This document shows, one piece after another, positions 20,092-27,351 of a stretch of 27,351 bases of DNA. The notes beneath the pieces were generated by a model, which was not told the origin of the DNA, ran no database searches, and saw only the letters and a program-made list of their open reading frames with translations. The stretch's first letter is position 1. Every line of letters begins with the position of its first letter. Source of the stretch: Coleofasciculus chthonoplastes F2-STO-03 (GTDB taxonomy: Bacteria; Cyanobacteriota; Cyanobacteriia; Cyanobacteriales; Coleofasciculaceae); contig JAVJWO010000119.1 of NCBI GenBank assembly GCA_040222015.1, forward strand, positions 1 to 27,351. The letters are read 5' to 3'. The position numbers and the translations under genes are program-made.

Positions 20092-20478
20092 TCATTTATT
20101 CTTGGGTGGGTTTGTCTGTGGGGTGGATGGGGGTGAATGTCTGATAATACTATTAATAATCATGTCCTTCGCGGCTGGGCTGGGTTGATTCGCTGGTGTG
20201 GGAGATTTGCTTCCCCCAGCACCAATGATTACTTGAAAATCTCTGACTTCTGCATCCGTTACGGCTTCTCGCTGTTCCTGGTATCTCTGGAAGAATTCCT
20301 GGCGGGAGGCGGATGCTTTTAACCAGTTTTCCAGTTGATTCGAGATATCCTCAATATCATCATTAGGAAGTTGATTGCTGAGTTGCTTTAAATTATCCCA
20401 GTCTGGCGGGGTGAGTAAGTTGGCGTTAGTTTCGATAACTTTAATAAAGCTAATAACACTATTTTCGTACACAGACAT
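20092..20478 (-). CDS. Small hypothetical protein (128 aa) translationally coupled to the CHAT gene
   Basis: ATG 4 nt after the CHAT stop, AAGGAG RBS inside the last CHAT codons; helical N-terminal part, GAGG motif, Pro-rich tail. Confidence 0.8.
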   Translation of the reverse strand: MSVYENSVISFIKVIETNANLLTPPDWDNLKQLSNQLPNDDIEDISNQLENWLKASASRQEFFQRYQEQREAVTDAEVRDFQVIIGAGGSKSPTPANQPSPAAKDMIINSIIRHSPPSTPQTNPPKNK

Positions 20479-20482
20479 GATG

Positions 20483-23400
20483 TTAAACTCCTTTGCCAAT
20501 GAGACAAAATGCAGCCCAATAATAGGGATTGTTAAAGGGTTGGGCTGTTTCCCCTTGTTCGGTTTCCAGATACTGGAAATACTTCTTTAATTCTATCTGC
20601 CAGGTGGTACTGAAGGGGGAAGTGGGAAGCCAGTTTTGAAAACCTTTGACGGTGGTGTCTCGTAACCAACATTGGGCGGTATTCAGGGCGAGGGCGAGGT
20701 TCTCTTGCTGCTGGAGTTCTTGGTAGAATTTGACGATGAGGAGGGCGGTGGCAAAGGCGCTGACTGTCCACAGGCTACTAAAAACATTGGTACTCCCGGC
20801 TAAGAGGAAACCGTAGGGTAGGCTGATATATTCATCGCTGATATTACTGAAGTCAGTTAACCCGGTTTCGCAGGCGGAAAGGGTGACGAGGCGACAATTA
20901 CTCAGGCGGAAATGGGCGATGATGTCTTCTAGGGTGAGGTTATCATCGGCTAACTGTAAGCCGGAATCGAGGGGAGAACCGAGATTAAAATAGCCGTGAC
21001 AGAAGAATAGCAGACAGTTGGCGGTATCGAGAGTTTCTCCAGATGAGAGGAGGGCGGATTTGCTGGCTTTGTCTTTTTTGAGGCTATCAACCTGGGGAAA
21101 TTGTCTGGTGATGGCAGATACTGCGCCGATGTCTTTTTCATATAAGTCTGATGTGGGGGTTTGAATGGCAAATAGGCGCTGGAAGTCGGGGCGTTGTTGC
21201 TGCTGGAGTTGGTGTAGGAGTTGGCAACTGGGCAGATAACGGATACCGTCAGGGAAACGGGGGAATAGGTTTAAGGCGTGGAGAGGGAATAGGTGGAGAT
21301 AGCGATGGGGAATCAGGATTAATTGGGTGCAGGTTTCGGGAATGTGGGTGAGGATATCTTTTATATGGAGTATTTCGGCTAGCTGGTTGAGGCGAGTGGG
21401 GAGTGAGGTTTCCCAGTCTTGTTGGAGTTGTTCTGCTTCGGTGTCGGTTTCGGCACGTCTGGGGGCGTAGTAGGCTTGGAGATAGTCAGCAGCCCAGGTT
21501 TTGAGGTTGGTTAAGTCTTCGGCGGTGGATGTGTAAATGGAGGGGAAACCTCTCTCCAAACCTCTCTCCTGCGAGGAGAGAGGCTTTGAATTCTGATTAT
21601 CATTCCCTAAATTCTCGTTATTTTCTAAATTCTCGTTATTCCCTAAATTCTCCCCCTTCCCTTGCAGGGAAGGGGGCTGGGGGGTTAGGTCATTAATAAT
21701 CACCGCACGGAAACAGTCATCGAAAATATACCATTCAATAATTGCCGTATTTTTATCAATCAGTGTAGAGAGTTGGTCAAACTTGAGGGGTTTATAGGGA
21801 TAAAGTTCGTTATAGTGCTGGCGTAGTTGGTTGATATGGCTGTAGTCTATCTCGTCTGATGTTATCGATTTTTCCGATAACTTTTGTTCCCCAGCCGCCT
21901 GTAACTGATTTAGGCGTCGCTGTTCAATGAGAATCTCTTGCTGTAGCTGTTGCAATTGGCTTTTGATCTGGGTGGGAATTTCGCCATCGGGGTAAAGATT
22001 GCGACTGGTGAGGAGTTCGATCAGGTTACGGGTTTTGCTGCGTTCGATGTATTCCCAGGCTTGAGTATTGTCTGCTAATTCTAGACAGACTTCGATCATA
22101 TTGGAATAGAGTTTATTCCATTCTTCCGCTAGTTTCTGTTTATCGGCATCATTAGCCGTACCTAAACTAATCTCAACTCTCTGGAATTCAACCGTATCAA
22201 TCGCTGCGGCAAAGGCATGATAGGCATTGTCCAATTGTTGGGCGTCTCGGTAGGCAAGTCCCAGGTTAAATTGGGTTTCGATATGGTTTTGGGGCAAAGC
22301 TTCACGAGTTCTAACTTCCAGGGCGTCTTGATAGGAAGCGATCGCACTTTCGATATTCTCTGCCCTTTCTCCCCGGATTCTGTCAGAGTAGGCAATCCCC
22401 AGATTATTTTGCGTGGTTGCCCATTGGCTAGGAAAGGCGTCACGGGTGTAGACTTCCAGGGCGGCTTGATAGGATGCGATCGCTCTTTCGATATTCTCTG
22501 CCACCTCTCCCCGGATTCTGTCAGAGTAGGCAATCCCCAGATTATTTTGCGTGGTTGCCCATTGGCTAGGAAAAGCCTCACGGGTTCTGACTTCCAGGGC
22601 GGCTTGATAGGAGGCGATCGCAGTTTCGATATTCTCAGCCCTCTCTCCCCGGATTCTGTTTCTGTAGGCAAGCCCCAGATTATTTTGCGTCATTGCCCAT
22701 TGGCTGGGAAAAGCTTCACGGGTGTAGACTTCTAGGGCGGCTTGAAAAGAGGCGATCGCAGTTTCGATATTCTCAGCCCTCTCTCCCCGGATTCTTTCAC
22801 TGTAGGCAGTACCCAGATTATTTTGCGTCATTGCCCAGTCGCTAGGAAAGGCGTCACGGGTTCTGACTTCTCGGGCGGCTTGATAGGAAGCGATCGCACT
22901 TTCGATATTCTCTGCCCTCTCTCCCCGGATTCTGTTACGGTAGGCAGCACCCAGATTACTTTGCGTCATTGCCCAGTCGCTGGGAAAGGCGTCACGGGTT
23001 CTGACTTCTAGGGCGGCTTGAAAAGAGGCGATCGCATTTTCTATATTCTCTGCCCTCTCTCCCCGGATTCTGTCACTGTAGGCAGTACCCAGATTATTTT
23101 GCGTCATTGCCCATTGGCTAGGAAAGGCGTCACGGGTATAGACTTCCAGGGCGGCTTGATAGTATGCGATCGCATTTTCCATATTCTCAGCCCTATCTCC
23201 CCGGATTCTGTCACTGTAGGCAACACCCAGATTATTTTGCGTACCTGCCCAGTCGCTGGGAAAGGCGTCACGGGTATAGACTTCCAGGGCGGCTTGATAG
23301 TATGCGATCGCACTTTCTATATTCTCTGCCCTCTCTCCCCGGATTTTCTGATAGTAGGCATTCCCCAGATTATTTTGCGTGGTTGCCCATTGGCTGGGAA

Positions 23401-24231
23401 AGGCTTCACTGGTTCTGACTTCCAGGGCGGCTTGATAAGAGGCGATCGCTCTTTCGATATTCTCTGCCACCTCTCCCCGGATTCTGTCAGAGTAGGCAAT
23501 CCCCAGATTATTTTGCGTGGTTGCCCATTGGCTGGGAAAAGCTTCACGGGTGTAGACTTCCAGGGAGGCTTGAAAGGAAGCGATCGCATTTTCTATATTC
23601 TCTGCCCTCTCTCCCCGGATTCTGTTTCTGTAGGCAGTACCCAGATTATTTTGAATTGATGCCCAGGTTTCTGAGTGATTCTCGCGGGTAAAGAGAGTCA
23701 GCACTACTTCATAACCCGTAATTGCGATTTCCAGATTATTTGCCTGACTTTCTAGAGGAAAATCCTGGATCAGATTACTGAAATTACCAATAGTGGCGGC
23801 AATAAATTGGGCTTGTTCGGCTTCCACCTCTGCCAGTTTTGCGGTTGCCCAGTCTACAATATCCGGGCAAAGTTATCATCCAACAGATGCAGGTTTTTCT
23901 GGAGGAGGGGATAGACAACTTGCGGATTACCTCTACTATCTGACGTTGCTTGTAATACCTGCATCAGGAAACGCAGTTGGACTCCAGGAGTAGCAGTTGA
24001 GGCGGATAATCCCAACAACTCCCCTAACTGATTCGCCATTCCGATTAAAAACTGCGCGGCATTTTCATCGCCCCTCTCTGCTAACACTTCCGCTACCTGT
24101 GCCATGGTTTCCAGCAACCCGGCATCCACTAACTCCGCGTTATCCTGTAATGTCTGCCCTTCCTCACCACTGGGACAGGTTAATAGGGCATTAATCAGGG
24201 TTAGATAGGCTTGTTGGCGTTGTTCATCCAT
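20483..24231 (-). CDS. TPR-repeat CHAT (caspase HetF-associated) protease, split by a 1-nt frameshift at ~23855
   Basis: ORFs 23854-24231 and 20483-23827 join as ...NFARIL-x-DWATAKLAEVEAEQ...; ten 46-aa TPR-like repeats; CHAT motifs LILIPHRYLHLFPLHAL, FFCHG, VTLSACETG, SSLWTV, PYYWAAF. Confidence 0.9.
21548..21691. mobile_element. In-frame palindromic repeat element inserted in the CHAT gene
   Basis: Encodes DLTPQPPSLQGKGE-(NLGNNE/NLENNE)-SKPLSSQERGLERG; hairpins CCCCTTCCCTTGCAGGGAAGGGG and CCTCTCTCCTGCGAGGAGAGAGG. Confidence 0.75.
22286..23665 (-). repeat. Ten tandem 138-bp intragenic repeats (46-aa TPR-like units)
   Basis: GCGATCGC occurs at exactly 138-bp intervals from 22338 to 23580. 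Confidence 0.95.
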
Positions 24232-24336
24232 GGGGCAATTGAGGCAGGAGATGCTAACTATGGTATCGCAAAAGACAGAGGGGGTGATGGGGTGATGGAG
24301 GAGTTAACTCAAAAAGCTTCCTGTTAACAGCAACAG

Positions 24337-24387
24337 CCTTGGGTTTAAACCCAAGGAACCTAAAGCTCAAGTCAGCTAAAGCTGACT
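24337..24387. repeat. Double-hairpin element, inverted and diverged copy
   Basis: CCTTGGGTTTAAACCCAAGG plus AGTCAGCT-AA-AGCTGACT; linker AAAGCTCA resembles the reverse complement of the array element linker. Confidence 0.6.
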
Positions 24388-24390
24388 GGA

Positions 24391-24484
24391 TATAGCAGTC
24401 GCCAGGGTAATTAGGACATCAACTAAACACCGTTGATTGTTTCAATGCAGACAGACGTGTCTAACTTTTGGGGTTGTTTCTATA
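24391..24484. mobile_element. MITE-like element with TATAG...CTATA ends and degenerate TIRs
   Basis: TATAG-N14-ATTAGGACA at the left end versus TATAG-N14-GTTAG-ACA at the reverse-complemented right end; an internally deleted copy lies at 25987-26044. Confidence 0.5.
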
Positions 24485-24517
24485 ATAATCCGAGTCGTCT
24501 TTAGACGACTTGCGCTT

Positions 24518-24607
24518 TTAGCCAAGAACTTGAGTTCTTGGCGGGGGAATGGTTAGGGTTTGAATATTTCCTGTTTGAATCAGTTTGACGTGATATTCGG
24601 TGGTCAT
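24518..24607 (-). pseudogene. vapB 5' fragment mini-ORF MTTEYHVKLIQTGNIQTLTIPPPRTQVLG
   Basis: 19 of the first 21 residues match VapB at 25908; AGGAGA RBS upstream. Confidence 0.75.
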
Positions 24608-24631
24608 GGTAATTCTCCTCATAAAACCTGA

Positions 24632-24694
24632 GTCGGGGCGGGTTTATTTACATCTGGATGCAACCCAAAAGATAGTAGTGAAACCCGCCCCTAC
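24632..24694. repeat. REP-like element, GGGGCGGGTTT family, copy 4 (copy 5 at 24974-25036)
   Basis: GTCGGGGCGGGTTT ... AAACCCGCCCCTAC. Confidence 0.8.
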
Positions 24695-24859
24695 ACAATT
24701 TTTCCATCTCCCACTCAAAACTTACATCCATGAGTGTTTAACGCCAGGGTAATTAGGACATCAACTAAACACCGTTAATTGTTTCAATGCAGACAGACGT
24801 GTCTAACGGTTGGGGTTGTTCCTATAATAATTTGAGTCGTCTTTAGACGACTTGCGCTT

Positions 24860-24949
24860 TTAGCCAAGAACTTGAGTTCTTGGCGGGGGAATGGTTAGGG
24901 TTTGGATATTTCCTGTTTGAATCAGTTTAACCTGATCGGCGGTGGTCAT
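24860..24949 (-). pseudogene. vapB 5' fragment mini-ORF MTTADQVKLIQTGNIQTLTIPPPRTQVLG
   Basis: Second array unit; same RBS and stop. Confidence 0.75.
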
Positions 24950-25236
24950 GGTAATTCTCCTCATAAAACCTGAGTCGGGGCGGGTTTATTCACATCTGAA
25001 TACAACGGAAAAGATAGTAGTAAAACCCGCCCCTACACAATTTTTCCATCTCCCACTCAAAACTTACATCCATGAGCGTTTAACCCCAGGGTAATTAGGA
25101 CATTAACTAAACACCGTTGATTGTTTCGATGCAGACAGACGTGTCTAACTGTTGGGGTTGTTTCTATAATAATTTGAGTCGTCTTTAGACGACTTGCGCT
25201 TTTAGCCAAGAACTTGAGTTCTTGGCGGGGGAATGG

Positions 25237-25638
25237 TTAGAGCCAGTTTTCTAGTTTTAAATTAGGGACACGAGAAAATTCACGAACATTATTGGTGATG
25301 ACGGTGAGATTCAAACTGAGAGCATGAGCAGCAATCAATAAATCGTTACCGCCAATAGGTGTTCCTTGTTGTTCTAAATGAGTTCGGATTTCAGCATAAT
25401 ATTGCTCTACGGGGTAGGTTAGAGGCAAAATCTCCAGACTATCTAAGATGGCTTCAATGTTTTGGGTGAGTTGAGGCGAGTTCTTTTTTCTGGCTCCAAA
25501 TCTTAACTCACAAGCGACGATGATGCTTGTACAGATTGTTGCCTCGCCAACACTTTGGATTTTTGTAAAAATTTGTCCTCTGGGATGCTTGACTAATTCT
25601 GAAATGATGTTCGTATCTAATAAATAGGAGTAATTCAT
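25237..25638 (-). CDS. vapC: VapC family PIN-domain toxin
   Basis: YLLDTNIISEL, CELRFGA, GTPIGGNDLLIAAHA, TNNVREFSRVPNLKLENW. Confidence 0.95.
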   Translation of the reverse strand: MNYSYLLDTNIISELVKHPRGQIFTKIQSVGEATICTSIIVACELRFGARKKNSPQLTQNIEAILDSLEILPLTYPVEQYYAEIRTHLEQQGTPIGGNDLLIAAHALSLNLTVITNNVREFSRVPNLKLENWL

Positions 25639-25668
25639 ATCTGTAGAGAGACACCAGGGCGTGTCTTT

Positions 25669-25908
25669 TTAAAGTTCGATATCGTCTAGGGGTAATACTC
25701 CTGCGTCAACATTGGGAAAGTCTTCATCTAGGGGTTCGAGAGTGGCGAGAACTGAGAGCAGGGATTTTTTCTGGTAGGGTTCGATAATCAGTTTGCCGTC
25801 TTCTTGGCGGATGGTGACATCTGTTGTAGATAGAGTTAAGTCTTGGGGAATGGTTAGGGTTTGGGTATTTCCGGTTTGAACCAGTTTGACGTGATATTCG
25901 GTGGTCAT
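25669..25908 (-). CDS. vapB: VapB family antitoxin (AbrB/SpoVT-like DNA-binding domain)
   Basis: VKLVQTGNTQTLTIP...VTIRQEDGKLIIEP and an acidic C-terminus; directly upstream of vapC. Confidence 0.9.
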   Translation of the reverse strand: MTTEYHVKLVQTGNTQTLTIPQDLTLSTTDVTIRQEDGKLIIEPYQKKSLLSVLATLEPLDEDFPNVDAGVLPLDDIEL

Positions 25909-25998
25909 GGGAATTCTTTTCATATCATTTCCGGTTGCCAATTAAAACATTCACGGCATTTTCTTCTCCTCTTCTAATAACTAGGGTATAGCAAAAGC

Positions 25999-26113
25999 GT
26001 TTCGATGTAGACAGACGTGTCTAACTGTTGGGGTTGTTTCTATAAGAATTTGAGTCGTCTTGAGACGACTTGCGCTTTGAGCCAAGAACTTGAGTTCTTG
26101 GCGGGAGAATGGT
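25999..26113. repeat. Fourth copy of the MITE-end/double-hairpin segment, upstream of vapB
   Basis: Direct repeat of ~25123-25238, so vapBC is bracketed by the two copies. Confidence 0.9.
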
Positions 26114-26202
26114 TTAGTTGCTCTGTTGAGCATCGACTAAGGACGCTCTGAGCCTCGAACCCGACTCAGAACGACAGACATAGATTCAATCAAGCTATAC
26201 AT

Positions 26203-26232
26203 GGTGCGTTACATTTCATTAACGCACCCTAC
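26203..26232. repeat. Short REP-like palindrome GGTGCGTTA-N8-TAACGCACCCTAC
   Basis: Hairpin with a CTAC end. Confidence 0.65.
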
Positions 26233-26514
26233 AAAATCTGCGATCGCACTTTTGGATAATGCTGTGTGGATTTCTCGTGCTGTTGGAATTTAGGTGCAAT
26301 TTTATGATGATGGCGAGCATTCTTGTAGGGTGAGCATCTTGCTCGCTACTCATACCCAATTTAAATGTATGACAGCTTATGGAGTGGCATTTAAAACAGA
26401 GTGGGGACACTTTTATTAACACGCGATCGCACGGCATCCCCCTGAATTTCCTGGGACAGATTTAGCTACAATACCATTACAAAAATCCCTAATGTAACAT
26501 TCTCGCTCGTCAAC

Positions 26515-26838
26515 ATGACATCCTTACCACAGAAGCGCCAAGCAAGACGGGGACGGATATTCCCAGAATATACCATTCCGCCAGAAGAATTAGCCAGACG
26601 CCGAGCGAAACGCATTGAACTGGGCAAGCGTTGCCGAGTTGTTTTTGAACGACTTCGCCCGGAACTGATTGAACAATACTACAATTGGTTCATTGCCATA
26701 GAACCCGATAGTGGCGACTATTTAATTGACCCAAAACTAGAAGGAGTGATTCAAAAAGGACAAGAACGTTATGTCAATACTGATGTTAAGCTAACAATCT
26801 TTCGACTGAATGAAACCGGAACCTGCGGCACGATATGA
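26515..26838 (+). CDS. Small hypothetical protein (107 aa), partner of the downstream protease
   Basis: ATG ORF with LIEQYYNWFIAIEPDSGDYLID and FRLNETGTCGTI; ATGA overlap with the next gene. Confidence 0.8.
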   Translation: MTSLPQKRQARRGRIFPEYTIPPEELARRRAKRIELGKRCRVVFERLRPELIEQYYNWFIAIEPDSGDYLIDPKLEGVIQKGQERYVNTDVKLTIFRLNETGTCGTI

Positions 26839-27224
26839 TTGTAGGCAGGTTTGGTGAAAATGGGGAGTTGTTCTTTGAGATTGAACTGATAGCCGCAAAT
26901 GGCGAACGTTTTGCCGTTGAAGCACTTCTAGATACGGGTTTTACCACAGGTTGGCTAGCGCTTAACGCTCAGGATATCGAGGCGTTACAGTGGTCTGCGA
27001 TCGCCTATGAAATCGACATGACAACGGCGCGAGGTAATGAGCTTTTTGACCTCTATGCAGGAACGGTAATGATCGATAACCAAGAGTTTACGATTCCCGT
27101 TCACGTTGGAGAAGGACTACCTGATATTTTAATCGGTTCTCAGTGGTTAGATAGTATCGAACTTTTATCAATTAGTCAAGGACAGGCGTGGTTAGGAAAC
27201 CATTGGCAAAAAAAATGTTGCTAA
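26835..27224 (+). CDS. Clan AA (retropepsin-like) aspartic protease
   Basis: ALLDTGF catalytic motif, flap-like TARG, ILIGSQWL closing motif. Confidence 0.85.
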   Translation: MIVGRFGENGELFFEIELIAANGERFAVEALLDTGFTTGWLALNAQDIEALQWSAIAYEIDMTTARGNELFDLYAGTVMIDNQEFTIPVHVGEGLPDILIGSQWLDSIELLSISQGQAWLGNHWQKKCC

Positions 27225-27351
27225 TTTAACGATTAATAGATTCAATGCCACTAATTTTAATAAAAAAGAAAGCTCAAAAAAAGACAAGCCAAACCTGGAA
27301 ATGACGAATCGGCAAGAGATTCAGCTTTTTTGCAGCTATAAATTAAGCAAA

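Larger units (their letters stand above)
24402..25240. repeat. 342-bp tandem array (~2.45 copies)
   Basis: CCAGGGTAATTAGGACAT at 24402, 24744 and 25086; units are highly similar with scattered substitutions. Confidence 0.95.

Noticed and set aside
22162..23659. Multiple alternative-frame and antisense ORFs over the TPR array
   Set aside because: By-products of a tandem repeat with few stops; no independent coding signal.
22286..23665. Diversity-generating retroelement acting on the repeats
   Set aside because: No reverse transcriptase or template-repeat/variable-repeat pair, and differences are not confined to adenines.
24402..25240. CRISPR array
   Set aside because: The period is 342 bp, the sequences between palindromes are repeated rather than unique spacers, and there are no cas genes.
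25143..25242. Integron attC interpretation: on the minus strand CTCTAAC overlaps the vapC stop and GTTAGAC (GTTRRRY) lies ~100 bp away
   Set aside because: No complementary L boxes between the arms, the internal hairpins are local rather than one long stem, and there is no integrase in the window. IntegronFinder would settle it.

Overview
Chromosomal window of a cyanobacterium. It carries at least 25 HIP1 GCGATCGC octamers, prk, petH, ftsH2, heptamer tandem repeats and GTAG-type REP-like palindromes; a filamentous Oscillatoriales/Coleofasciculus-like host is my inference. The left and centre are mostly housekeeping genes: Uma2 nuclease, CPA1 Na+/H+ antiporter, DUF1823, GH13 glucanase, an RND efflux pair, prk, petH and ftsH2. 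They are interrupted by a truncated SAM methyltransferase and a decayed restriction-modification locus, in which a Dam-type methylase is broken by a 19-bp tandem duplication and the nuclease is internally deleted. The right ~9 kb is a conflict/defence-like region with three parts. (i) A minus-strand three-gene unit: a CHAT (caspase-like) protease with ten near-identical 138-bp TPR repeats, a coupled 128-aa small protein, and a third gene whose 3' half lies in a frame the ORF track missed. Both large genes have a 1-nt frameshift. (ii) A vapBC toxin-antitoxin pair next to a 342-bp tandem array whose units contain a vapB 5' fragment (29-codon mini-ORF with an RBS), a MITE-like element, a covarying double hairpin and a REP-like element. 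(iii) A small-protein/retropepsin-like protease gene pair. All calls come from reading the sequence; no database searches were run.
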